Shown here piece by piece: positions 1 through 9,077 of a stretch of DNA of 64,000 nt. The notes below the pieces were generated by a model. It worked only from the letters and a program-made list of their open reading frames with translations. It made no database searches and was not told where the DNA came from. The first letter of the stretch is position 1. Every line of letters starts with the position of its first letter. Source of the DNA: an uncultured Gemmatimonadales bacterium (GTDB taxonomy: Bacteria; Gemmatimonadota; Gemmatimonadetes; Gemmatimonadales; GWC2-71-9); NCBI GenBank assembly GCA_963844035.1, contig CAWJMT010000009.1:32001-96000 (forward strand). The letters run 5' to 3'. Made by a program: the position numbers and the translations under genes.

Positions 1-271
1 CGCGCAGGATGTCGGCATCGGTCGGGATCTGGCCGCTCGCGGTCGTACGGATCTTGTAGATCGCACCCGTGAAGTCGCGGGGACGCGGCTGCATGTACGT
101 CGCCGCGTAGCCCTGTCCATCCCCGGCGTCGCCATGGCAGCCAGCACACCAGCTGACATAGACGGCTTTGCCCTTCGTCGTGTCCTGGGCCGCGAGGGCG
201 GGCGAGGACGCGAACAGCAACGCCGCGCCGAGGCCGACCGCCCAACCGCCCAGCCGCCTAGTGGCCGCCAC
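1..271 (-). CDS. Secreted c-type cytochrome, 3' end runs off the window
   Basis: Manual translation from GTG 271: signal peptide, then YVSWCAGCHGDAGDGQGYAATYMQPRPRDFTGAIYKIRTTASGQIPTDAD (CxxCH). Confidence 0.85.
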   Translation of the reverse strand, partial: MAATRRLGGWAVGLGAALLFASSPALAAQDTTKGKAVYVSWCAGCHGDAGDGQGYAATYMQPRPRDFTGAIYKIRTTASGQIPTDADILR

Positions 272-1064
272 TTTTCTCTCCTCCCTCATGCTCCTCCTCC
301 ATGACCCGCGGCTTCCACCCTGTCTGCTGGTAGATGAAAATGATCACCTGCCAGATCTCGCGCTCGGTGAGGAAATCTTCCCACTTCGGCATCGCCGAGT
401 TCCAGGGCGTGGCCTCGCGCGGCAGTCCGGGGCCGCCCTTCGCCACGCGCCAGAAAACGAAGCTCTCGCTGAGCTGGGCGATGGTGCCGTTGTCCTGGAA
501 GTTTGCCGGGAGCGGATTGAAGCCGTGCGCATAGTGGCCCAGTCCATCCAGGTGGTCGCCATGGCACGCCATGCAGTTCTGATAGTAGATGCGCTTGCCT
601 GCTTCGGTATGCGCGGCGAGCGACTCGGCATGTTCCCGCAGGGGGTTCTTGAGCGCCTTCATGTTGAGCGACTTGCCGCGGAAGGTGATCTCGGTCGGCG
701 GCGCCGGGTGAATCGAGCGCAGGTTGGGCGGCGCGGACACGGTCGTGCGGGCCTGCGCCAGGGTGATCCACCCGATCAACAACGTCAAGACCCCGAGCAC
801 GCCGCCGCGCAGCATCCGGAGCCGGGGCTCGATCAGCAGCGCGGCGATCGGCTCCTGGAAACGCGCCCAGCGGTCCTCGCTGTCGCTGACGTAGATCAGC
901 ACGCCCACCAGGACGGTCAACATGTACTGCAGGGCGACGCTCTTCGGGACGATCGCGCTCCCGGGAAGTGCGGGAACGAGCACTTCGATTACGAGGAAGG
1001 CAAGCACCATGATCCCCAAGGCCTGCCAGAACGGATGAGCGAGGTAGCCTCGGTTCTTGGTCAT
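258..1064 (-). CDS. Membrane-anchored monoheme cytochrome c
   Basis: ATG 1064 overlaps the upstream stop (ATGA); 3 N-terminal TM helices; CMACHG; distal Met in WNSAMPKW. Confidence 0.85.
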   Translation of the reverse strand: MTKNRGYLAHPFWQALGIMVLAFLVIEVLVPALPGSAIVPKSVALQYMLTVLVGVLIYVSDSEDRWARFQEPIAALLIEPRLRMLRGGVLGVLTLLIGWITLAQARTTVSAPPNLRSIHPAPPTEITFRGKSLNMKALKNPLREHAESLAAHTEAGKRIYYQNCMACHGDHLDGLGHYAHGFNPLPANFQDNGTIAQLSESFVFWRVAKGGPGLPREATPWNSAMPKWEDFLTEREIWQVIIFIYQQTGWKPRVMEEEHEGGEKSGGH

Positions 1065-1858
1065 TTGTGACTCGCTAGGTAGGCAACCAGCGCCTCGAGC
1101 TGCGTCGCGTTCATCCGGGTTCCGAAGTCCTTGGGCATGACGCCCGCCATGGTTTCGAAGCCTTTCGTGATGGACCACTCCGGGTCGAGGATCTTGTGGC
1201 GGATCGACGCCGCATCGCGTCGCGCGCCGAGGTGGGCCAGGTCGGGACCGAGCTCACCACCCTCACCGTCGACCTTGTGGCAGTTACCGCACTCCGCCTC
1301 TTTGATGATCGCTTTGGGATCGGTGCTGCCACCGGCAAACGCGGCCGGTGCGCCCCCTGCTGCCGGAGCTGCCCCACCAGCCGGCGCAGCGGACTCGAAG
1401 TCCGCGGCAGTCACGTCCACGGTGCCCCCGAGCGACTCGAGGTACGCGACCAGGGCCCAGATCTGCTCGGGAGGCATGAGCTTCGTGATCACCGGCATGA
1501 TCGGCTGGTAGCCTGGTACGACATAATCCGCGGGCTCGGCCAGCGATTCGTACAGATACTTCTTGCAGTTCTCTCCCGATTCGCGCTTGCCGCAGCGCGC
1601 GCCGATCGGCCCGGTGCCCTTTTCGTCAGTGAGCAGGTTCGGAGCGCGCGACCCGAGGCCGTGACACGCGGTACAGCCACCGACGCCGTTGAACACCTTC
1701 TCTCCCGCAGCGGCAAGCTGCTCGGGGGTGGCGTTCGCACCGAGGCTCAGCTTCTGCGGCACCTCGGACTGCATCTGCGGAATCTTGTTGCAGATCAGCG
1801 TATACACGAACAGCGTGCCGAGCACGACGCCGATCACCTTCAGGTTAGTGGCCCACAT
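1061..1858 (-). CDS. Membrane-anchored diheme cytochrome c
   Basis: N-terminal TM; CTACH and CGNCH separated by an Ala/Gly/Pro linker; IMP and VMP Met ligands. Confidence 0.9.
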   Translation of the reverse strand: MWATNLKVIGVVLGTLFVYTLICNKIPQMQSEVPQKLSLGANATPEQLAAAGEKVFNGVGGCTACHGLGSRAPNLLTDEKGTGPIGARCGKRESGENCKKYLYESLAEPADYVVPGYQPIMPVITKLMPPEQIWALVAYLESLGGTVDVTAADFESAAPAGGAAPAAGGAPAAFAGGSTDPKAIIKEAECGNCHKVDGEGGELGPDLAHLGARRDAASIRHKILDPEWSITKGFETMAGVMPKDFGTRMNATQLEALVAYLASHK

Positions 1859-3554
1859 TGCTGCCTCCCTTCCCTGCGGTGCCGAACGTGGACTTTTCGG
1901 CGAGCCCGCCGAGCCAGAACACGAAGCCGACCAGGCTGAGGAAGATCAGCACGCTGAGGCTGATCATCTTGGAGGCGTAGCCGAGCGCGGGTGTCGCCGC
2001 ATACTTGCTCGTGTCTTCCATCACCTGCCACACGTGCCAATACTGCCGGATCCCCGAGCGGGCGAAGCCCATGAGCGCCATGAGCCACGTGAACGTGACG
2101 GCGAGGATGAAGAGTGCATACTGGGACCGTGCGGGCATCTTGCCCCACTGGATTTCGCCGGCCGACTTGGCGCCGCGTCCCATCATGCTGTCGATCACGG
2201 TGACGAACACGATGCAGCACAGCACCGCGCCCACCTGGTAGACGCTATAGCCGATCCGGACGATCGCCTCGACGAAGTAGCCCCGGATCCCGTAGAAGAG
2301 CACGATCGCGGCGGCGATGGCAAACATGGCGCCCTGAATCTTGGTCCCCGTTTTCTCCCATGGCACGACGAGCTGTTTGTTGCCGCGGCGATACATGAGG
2401 AACGAGAGGAACGTCGCCAGGATCATCAGATTGACGGCGGTGTTCTTGGCGCTCATCACGCCGAGCGCGCCGAGCAACGGATGGTGCGAGCCCCCCATCG
2501 CGGCGAGCTCCTTGGTGTCCGCGATCATCGTATGCGGTGTTCCCCACACGATCGCGCCGAGCACGAGCACGATGAGCAGATACTTGATGTACGGGCGGAA
2601 CCGCTCGGCGCCTGGGATACGGCCCATGCCGATCCAGAGGTAGTAATTGCCGGCCAGGAACAGCACAGCGATGAGGAACGCCTGGACCACCCAGAGCCAG
2701 CTCATGAAGCCGCCCATCATGGTGATGCCCATCGACTGATCGTACATGTAGATCTCGCGGCCCAGCCAGTACCCGGCGAAGGGCAGGACGATCAGGGCGG
2801 CCATGGCGATGAAGTTGCCGACGTAGCCCATCCAGTCGTAGTGCGCGCGCTCTTCGTCGGTCTTGGCGGCGAGGAACCGATAGCTTGCATACGCCGCCGC
2901 GATCGCGCCGCCGAACACGACGTTCGCAATGATCCGGTGGATGTTGATCGGCATCCAGCTCGCGTTGGCGATGGCGTGCCAGAGTTTGATCGTGGTGGGG
3001 TCGGTGCTCGCGTCGATGTCGCGCGGGGGCGTCATCATGTAAGTGAGCCACGAATTCGCGATGAGCATCACGACCGTGCCCCACACGTTGAGCATGATGC
3101 CGAGCACCCAGTGCACGATCTTGGCGCGGCCGTACTTCCAGCGGTCCCACCCGTAGTAGTACAGGTAGAGGGTGAAGGACTCGAAGAAGAACAGCCCGGC
3201 GTACAGCCACATCGACGGTCCGAAGATCGTCGTCAGGTACGCCCAGAACTTGGCGTACAGGGTGGCGAGCAGGAACACGAGGATCGCCCCCCAAATCGCG
3301 GTGGCGCTGTACGCCACCAGCAACAGGCGGGTGAATTCCTTCGCGAGGCCGTCGTACTTCGATTCGCCGCCGAAAATCCCGATCGCCTCCGCCACGACGG
3401 CAAACATCGGCACGCCGAGGACGAAGGCGGCGAACATCAGGTGCACCTGGGCAGCGATCCAGATCGCTCCCCGTGACCCGACCACCGGGAACTCCCCGTA
3501 GGAGCGGATCGAATCCGCGACCGCGGTGATCATCAATAGGCCGTCAGCCATCAA
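1845..3554 (-). CDS. Cytochrome bd-like oxidase subunit I (CydA-like, non-canonical)
   Basis: Polytopic membrane protein; AQVHLMF, FFFES, NSWLTYMMTP, NIHRIIAN and MGFARSGIRQYW align to CydA motifs; no obvious Q-loop. Confidence 0.85.
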   Translation of the reverse strand: MMADGLLMITAVADSIRSYGEFPVVGSRGAIWIAAQVHLMFAAFVLGVPMFAVVAEAIGIFGGESKYDGLAKEFTRLLLVAYSATAIWGAILVFLLATLYAKFWAYLTTIFGPSMWLYAGLFFFESFTLYLYYYGWDRWKYGRAKIVHWVLGIMLNVWGTVVMLIANSWLTYMMTPPRDIDASTDPTTIKLWHAIANASWMPINIHRIIANVVFGGAIAAAYASYRFLAAKTDEERAHYDWMGYVGNFIAMAALIVLPFAGYWLGREIYMYDQSMGITMMGGFMSWLWVVQAFLIAVLFLAGNYYLWIGMGRIPGAERFRPYIKYLLIVLVLGAIVWGTPHTMIADTKELAAMGGSHHPLLGALGVMSAKNTAVNLMILATFLSFLMYRRGNKQLVVPWEKTGTKIQGAMFAIAAAIVLFYGIRGYFVEAIVRIGYSVYQVGAVLCCIVFVTVIDSMMGRGAKSAGEIQWGKMPARSQYALFILAVTFTWLMALMGFARSGIRQYWHVWQVMEDTSKYAATPALGYASKMISLSVLIFLSLVGFVFWLGGLAEKSTFGTAGKGGSNVGH

Positions 3555-4828
3555 CCGTTAGCCTCCGTGAAGAACGGCCGCCGCTTGGAGAAATCAATCG
3601 GCATCGCGCTGCGTACCTCCGCCAACATGTCGAGCGTGATTTCGCGCACGCCCTGCTTGCGCGCAAAGTCTTCCATCCGCTGCATCACGACGCCGCGCAC
3701 GAACGAGGGAATGCGCTGCATGCGCTCCCGCGCCGCCGGGCTCCAGGCGAGTACCGGCTCGAAGTCCGCCCCGTACATCACGGCCCGTGCCGGCTCGATC
3801 AGCGTCGCGCCGGGCCGCGGCTCGTAGTCGCACGACGGATCCTCGGCCAGCACATCACCGGTGACTGCAAATGCGCGCGCGCGGCAACCGCCGCATACCT
3901 GCCGGTATTCGCAGCTGCCGCACTTCCCACCCAGGGTGCCCTCGCGCAGCTGGCGGAACAGCGGCGACGCGCGCCAGATCTCGGCGAACGACCGCGTGCG
4001 CAGGTCCCCGGCGACCTCCGGCATGTAGGGACAGGGCGTGAGCTTGCCGTCGGGGGTGATGCGGCAATACTGCGTCCCGCACGGGCAGCGCGTCTCGTAA
4101 TTGAGGACCGGCGACTCGGGGTCCGCCTGGTGGACGTGCCGCATGAAATGCGGCGCGCACTTCGAGCGGACCAGCATGCGGCCGCGGAAGTCGCGCTGCC
4201 AGCGGGCCAGGTCGGCGAGCACGGACTCGTATTCGGAGGGCGAGAGGTCGGTCAGTCCCGCTCCCCGCCCCGTCGGCACCAGGAAATAGCAATTGAAGGC
4301 GACCGCCCCCTGCTCGGCCGACCATTGCACCAACCGCGACAGCTCATCGCGATTGCCCTTGGTGACGGACGTCTGAATGATGAAGTCGAGCTTGTGCGAG
4401 CGGAGCCGGCCCAGAGCCGCCTGCGTATCCGCGAGCGATCCCTTGAGGTGGCGAAAGTTGTCGTGATACGACGGGCGCAGCGAGTCGACGCTCACCGCAA
4501 CGCCGCGTACGCCAGCCTCCTTGAGGGCGGCGATCCGCTCGTCGGTGAGCAGCGTGCCGTTCGTCCCCACCACGACCGTCGCGCCCCGCTCGGAGGCGCG
4601 CCGGGCGATCACGGTCAGATCGTCGCGCAGCAACGGCTCGCCGCCGGAGAGGATCAGCAGGGGGGAGGGATTCACCGCGAGCAGCTCGTCAACGATGCGC
4701 AAGCAGGTCGCCGTGTCGAGCTCCGACGTCGCCTGCTCCGTCGGGCCGGCGGAGATATAGCAGTGGGCGCACTCGAGATTGCAGCGACGAGTGAGATTCC
4801 ACGCAACTACGTGCGGTACGAAGTCCAC
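3551..4828 (-). CDS. Radical SAM/SPASM protein (AhbC/AhbD/NirJ-like) with C-terminal PCP_red-like domain
   Basis: WNLTRRCNLECAHCY, SGGEPLLR, KCAPHF; SPASM Cys set CPCG...PCPY...CGSCEYRQVCGGCRARA...DPSC; C-terminal WSPAARERMQRIPSFVRG. Confidence 0.9.
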   Translation of the reverse strand: MDFVPHVVAWNLTRRCNLECAHCYISAGPTEQATSELDTATCLRIVDELLAVNPSPLLILSGGEPLLRDDLTVIARRASERGATVVVGTNGTLLTDERIAALKEAGVRGVAVSVDSLRPSYHDNFRHLKGSLADTQAALGRLRSHKLDFIIQTSVTKGNRDELSRLVQWSAEQGAVAFNCYFLVPTGRGAGLTDLSPSEYESVLADLARWQRDFRGRMLVRSKCAPHFMRHVHQADPESPVLNYETRCPCGTQYCRITPDGKLTPCPYMPEVAGDLRTRSFAEIWRASPLFRQLREGTLGGKCGSCEYRQVCGGCRARAFAVTGDVLAEDPSCDYEPRPGATLIEPARAVMYGADFEPVLAWSPAARERMQRIPSFVRGVVMQRMEDFARKQGVREITLDMLAEVRSAMPIDFSKRRPFFTEANG

Positions 4829-6844
4829 TCAGTCGCCCGCCTGCTCCTGCAGCATCCGCTCCATGGCTTCCTTCGCCTCTTCCGGCTTCATCCCCTTGAA
4901 CTCGACCGGACACTTGCCGGCCTTTTCTTCGATGTCCCGGATGGGGCAGCGCGTGATCCCCTGCGCCTTGGCTTCTTCGATGAAGGCCCGCATCTCGGGC
5001 GTCATGCCGTCGCGTCCCTCGGCTTCGGCGCGGATCTGCTTGGCGCGGAGCTCGGTGAACATGACCATCATCGTCTCGACGTCGAACTCGTCGGCCTCGA
5101 TCATCTTCTGCTTGTTTTCGTCCATCACCATGGTGGTGACGCGCCAAATGTCGTGGCTGCGTGCGAACCGCTCGACGGTGTTGCGCGCCAGCGGCCGCGC
5201 GATCAGCGGAACCGCCTGCAGGCGCTGCCACCCTTCCTCCGTCCAGATGATCGGATCGGTGGCCACGCGCGCCCGCCGGCTCACGTTTCCGGTCACCGGA
5301 CACTTCACCTCAATCTCCGCGGTGGCCGGCACGAGATCGCTGTCGTGCCCCTGGACCTTGGTGGTCTGGAGCTGCTCGGTCGCCTTCTCCTCCGCGAGCA
5401 CGATCTCCTCTGCCGTGCCGATGCCCATGATGAGCTGCATATGGGTCGGCAGCAGCTTCTTGATCGCTTCGTCGAGCCACTTGTTGGTGATGATGGTTGC
5501 GGCCCCGCCGGTCTGCTCGAGCGTGTACTCCTCGACGGCGCGCCGCGCGATGCCCTGCGCGAACGGCGGCACGCGAAGGATGCGCACTTCGGCATCGGGC
5601 GCCCACGGCATGCCCGCCTGGCCATCTTCTTCAATCCAGGGAATGTCTTCCGGACGGATGCCCACGGTGCCGATCATCAGGGTGTTGCACGGCGCGAGAC
5701 GAACCAGGTTCTCCGCCTGCGAGCCCAGCTGGGTGTTTTCGATCCGGTGCGCTCCATGGCGCGACAGGACGAGCAGTGACGGCTTGATCTCCTCCGCCCA
5801 CTGCATCACCACCTGGAAGGGCTTCCCAACGAGGATCTGCGTCTTGATGGGAACGTCGGGGAACTCCTGGGCCATCACCTCGGCGCGCTTCAGGTTCGCC
5901 TGGCAGAGCTTGAGCAGCCCCTTGTCGATGATGTTGTTGTGGAGCTCCTCCTGCTCCTCGAACTTGAACACCTTCGAGGCCTGGTAGGACAGCACGTCTT
6001 TGATGTTGTTGAAGACGACGTGGTGATACTCCACGTCGAATGCGCTGCAGACATAGAGCGAGCCGCCGAACTCCTTGGCCAGCTCGAGTGCGACGCGCAT
6101 CGCCTTGTAGCTGTAGGACGAGCCGTCCACGCACACCATGTAGCGACCATCCGCGAACGGCTTGTCGTCGCGGACGATCAGCAGATCCTTTTCGATGCCG
6201 CGCAGGATGCGCGCCACGACCCCACCGAGCTGCGAGAACGGCTGACGGCCGAGGCCGTGCGCGCCGATCGTGAGCAGGTCATACTGGCGACCCGACGTCC
6301 CCACGAGACGCGCCGCGGTGTCTTCCTCCTCCGCGATGAGCCGGCCGTTTTCGCCGACCTGGACGTCGCTGCGCACGGTGGCGCCGCCGTCGTATGTGGC
6401 GGCGCGATTTGGATCGAACCCGATCAGCCCGGGCAAGCGGCCCGCGCCGCGGTTCACTTCCGCGACGATTTCCTCATAGTTGATCCCCTCGAGCAGCTGG
6501 CGCGTCAACGCCACGCCCGCCGCCTCGCACCGCTTCCCGACCTGATCAAGGAAGCTGTCGGCGATGAGCTGCAGGCCCTTCTCGATCAGCTTGTCGTGGA
6601 TCTTGCGCTGCTTCTTGATTTCTTCCGGCGTCTGAAACTGCGCGGGGAGACCGGTCTCGAGTTGGCGGAAGCGAACGTCGTGGAGGCGTGCGGCGTAGAC
6701 ATGGTTACCGGTGATGCGCCCGCCGGACTGACGACACAGCTCAAGCGCCCGATCAATCGCCCAATCCGAATGCTGTGAATTGTCGACGGGCGCAAATATC
6801 TCGCGATACACCGGCACCTCGGGCGCTAGAGTCATGTCGGGCAC
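4829..6844 (-). CDS. Tandem universal-stress-protein domains plus two PCP_red-like domains
   Basis: PVDNS/CVDGS USP starts; GAHGLG...LGG and RHG...LGSQAE motifs; WAPDAEVRILRVPPFAQG and WTEEGWQRLQAVPLIAR. Start may be ATG 6835. Confidence 0.85.
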   Translation of the reverse strand: MPDMTLAPEVPVYREIFAPVDNSQHSDWAIDRALELCRQSGGRITGNHVYAARLHDVRFRQLETGLPAQFQTPEEIKKQRKIHDKLIEKGLQLIADSFLDQVGKRCEAAGVALTRQLLEGINYEEIVAEVNRGAGRLPGLIGFDPNRAATYDGGATVRSDVQVGENGRLIAEEEDTAARLVGTSGRQYDLLTIGAHGLGRQPFSQLGGVVARILRGIEKDLLIVRDDKPFADGRYMVCVDGSSYSYKAMRVALELAKEFGGSLYVCSAFDVEYHHVVFNNIKDVLSYQASKVFKFEEQEELHNNIIDKGLLKLCQANLKRAEVMAQEFPDVPIKTQILVGKPFQVVMQWAEEIKPSLLVLSRHGAHRIENTQLGSQAENLVRLAPCNTLMIGTVGIRPEDIPWIEEDGQAGMPWAPDAEVRILRVPPFAQGIARRAVEEYTLEQTGGAATIITNKWLDEAIKKLLPTHMQLIMGIGTAEEIVLAEEKATEQLQTTKVQGHDSDLVPATAEIEVKCPVTGNVSRRARVATDPIIWTEEGWQRLQAVPLIARPLARNTVERFARSHDIWRVTTMVMDENKQKMIEADEFDVETMMVMFTELRAKQIRAEAEGRDGMTPEMRAFIEEAKAQGITRCPIRDIEEKAGKCPVEFKGMKPEEAKEAMERMLQEQAGD

Positions 6845-6965
6845 ACACCGCTCTCTCGCCGAGCTCCAGACGAACTCGGTCCTGACAGAGATCCAGCAGC
6901 TGTGTGCTCAACCGCGTCGACCCGTGGGCCGCCGCATGAGCTATGGTTCGATTTTGACCGCCGCG

Positions 6966-6994
6966 AGTATGCTCCGTGCAGCCTGACCTGTCAA
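6966..6994 (-). promoter_or_regulatory. Putative sigma70 promoter for the USP/radical SAM/oxidase operon
   Basis: Minus strand TTGACA-17 nt-CATACT in the intergenic gap. Confidence 0.55.
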
Positions 6995-7010
6995 GGCTCG
7001 CGTCCGCGGT

Positions 7011-7256
7011 TCATTTGGGGACGATCTGGCTCCCGGATTCGTCCCACACGGTGATCGCATCCACCGGACACGAATCGCAGGCGCGCAGCAGGCGCTCCCG
7101 CTCGACGGCCTCAGGATCTGTGAAGACAGCGATCGTATCTTCATCCAACTTGAATGCTTCGGGTGCTTCCTTCACACAATCCCCGAAGCCCACACACTGC
7201 TCGCGGTCGATCACTACCCGGAGGCCGTGCACCACGCGCTCGACCAGCTGGCTCAC
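7011..7256 (-). CDS. Small ferredoxin, probably [3Fe-4S]
   Basis: IDREQCVGFGDC...APEAF...ACDSCPVDAI; GTG overlaps the upstream stop. Confidence 0.85.
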   Translation of the reverse strand: MSQLVERVVHGLRVVIDREQCVGFGDCVKEAPEAFKLDEDTIAVFTDPEAVERERLLRACDSCPVDAITVWDESGSQIVPK

Positions 7257-7699
7257 ATCCCCTCCAGGCCGAGCTCCGTGCGCGCGGTGTCCATCACCGC
7301 CGGTGTGATCTCGGTGATCCCGTGGTCCCGGGCGTATTCCGTGTAGATCCGCTTCACCATACCCTTCACGAAGTTCGGTACCTTGGCCAGCCGCTCCACG
7401 GCATCCGCGGACCACGTCACGCCCAAGACGGTTTCCGGCCCCCGGCTCTCGCCGAACGCGTTGTCCTTTCCGGTCGCGACGGTGCTGCGGACCATTTCCA
7501 TCGGTTGCTCGGGCACCGTGCGGCCGCCGATCACCACGCCGAGGGAGCTGACCAGCTGGGTCTCGAACGGGTTCGTGAGCATGCCGACCCGGCGACCGCA
7601 GCCGGGACAGGAGAATGCGATCGCGAGCGTGCCGTCCCCCGGGAGCTCGCGCTCCTCGAACGTCATCTGCCGGTCGCACTCAATGCAGAGAAATTTCAC
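7253..7699 (-). CDS. Zn-ribbon/rubredoxin-like (CxxC...CxxC) plus PCP_red-like domain protein
   Basis: CIEC and CPGC; C-terminal WSADAVERLAKVPNFVKGMVKRIYTEYARDHGITEIT. Confidence 0.8.
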   Translation of the reverse strand: MKFLCIECDRQMTFEERELPGDGTLAIAFSCPGCGRRVGMLTNPFETQLVSSLGVVIGGRTVPEQPMEMVRSTVATGKDNAFGESRGPETVLGVTWSADAVERLAKVPNFVKGMVKRIYTEYARDHGITEITPAVMDTARTELGLEGM

Positions 7700-8478
7700 A
7701 GGCGTGCTGCGAGGTCGGACCAGACGGCATCCGACGGGTGAAACGGGATGCGGGCCAGGACCGGGATAGCGAACTCCGCTGCCAGCGAATCGGCGGCATC
7801 GCCCCGAAACTGCTCCCCGACCATGTTCTCGACGATGCCGAGCGCCGGTGCGCCGCGGTCCACCGCCGCCCGCAACGCGCGCCGCACGGCGTCAGCCGAC
7901 TCCGGGGTCGGAATCGTCACGGTGACCACCGCCGGGGCGGTCGGCAACAGGGTGGCGAGCTCCGCGAACCGCGCGATTCCGGGCGGCAAGTCGACGAACA
8001 GCACATCGAGCGCCCCCCACGCAACGTCCGACAAGAACTCCCGCAGCGCGGCCACCTCCTGGGCTCCGCGCCAAATGAAGTTTTCGGCCTCCGGGCCGCG
8101 AAACGCCAACGGGCGGCCGTCCTCCACGAGCTGCGCCATCGAGATCAGGCGTACCCCATCCGCGGCCGTCGCTGGAACCACGGCATCGTCACGCACGGTC
8201 AGCGGGATCCGGGGCGCGTCGAGCAGGCGTGCGGCGGTGGGGCCATTCAGGTCGGCATCGAGCACCCCGACCGCGCGCCCGGCGCGTGCGCAGGCACGGG
8301 CCAAGTGGGCCGTCACAAAGCTCTTGCCCACGCCACCCTTGCCGCTCATGACGGCCACGACACGGCCCACACCGACCAGCCGGGCGCCAACCCTGGCCCG
8401 TTGGGCCACGACCTGGTCCAGCAGCCCCGATGCGTCCGGGTCGGTCAGATCGTGATAGGTGCGAATATTGAGTGGCAT
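7696..8478 (-). CDS. Mrp/NBP35 (ApbC-like) P-loop ATPase
   Basis: SGKGGVGKS, LDADLNGP, IWRG, VDLPPG, GIVENM. Confidence 0.9.
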   Translation of the reverse strand: MPLNIRTYHDLTDPDASGLLDQVVAQRARVGARLVGVGRVVAVMSGKGGVGKSFVTAHLARACARAGRAVGVLDADLNGPTAARLLDAPRIPLTVRDDAVVPATAADGVRLISMAQLVEDGRPLAFRGPEAENFIWRGAQEVAALREFLSDVAWGALDVLFVDLPPGIARFAELATLLPTAPAVVTVTIPTPESADAVRRALRAAVDRGAPALGIVENMVGEQFRGDAADSLAAEFAIPVLARIPFHPSDAVWSDLAARL

Positions 8479-8515
8479 AATCCGCCAATTATGCCTAGGT
8501 TCTCCCCTTCCCGCT

Positions 8516-9016
8516 ATGCTCGACGAACTCAAGAACAAACTCCAAGCCGAAGTCGAGCGGCTCAATCACGAGATCAATTTCATCCTCCCCAAGGAAATTG
8601 AGAAGGCTCGTGCGCACGGTGACCTGCGCGAGAACTCGGAATACAAGGCCGCACTCGAGCGCCAGCAGTTCACCCAGGCCCGCGTGCATCACCTCCGACT
8701 GCGGCTCTCCAAGTTGTCCAGCGTCTCGGAGAAGGACATTCCGCGCGACCGCGTGGGATTCGGGTCGCGCGTGACGGTGCAGGACCTCGACACCAAGAGC
8801 ACCGAGATCTACGCGCTCACGCTCGGAGAATTCGTCGAAGGCGGCGAAGAAGACGGCCAGGAGATCCATGTGTCCATGGCGTCGCCGCTCGGCAAGGCGC
8901 TGCTCGGGTGCAAGAAGGGTGAAACCGTGAACCTCGCGCTCCCGGTGGGGAAGCGACGTCTCAAGATCATGCAGGTCCTCACCGTACACGACTTGGCGGC
9001 CGGCCATCGGGACTGA
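8516..9016 (+). CDS. greA: Transcription elongation factor GreA
   Basis: ARAHGDLRENSEYKAA, SMASPLGKALLG. Confidence 0.93.
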   Translation: MLDELKNKLQAEVERLNHEINFILPKEIEKARAHGDLRENSEYKAALERQQFTQARVHHLRLRLSKLSSVSEKDIPRDRVGFGSRVTVQDLDTKSTEIYALTLGEFVEGGEEDGQEIHVSMASPLGKALLGCKKGETVNLALPVGKRRLKIMQVLTVHDLAAGHRD

Positions 9017-9077
9017 AGCGCCCAGGAACAGGGAAATTCCCGCCTCTTGACTAAGCCGTTTGCCCGGTGTCACTTAG

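Noticed and set aside
3551..4828. Radical SAM as NirJ (heme d1) or as a PqqE/RiPP maturase
   Set aside because: No nirS/nirFDLGH, pqq genes or precursor peptide in the window; the subfamily cannot be fixed by eye.
3551..7699. PCP_red domains as evidence for photosynthesis
   Set aside because: Only the small accessory domain is present; no bchLNB catalytic domains or other photosynthesis genes.
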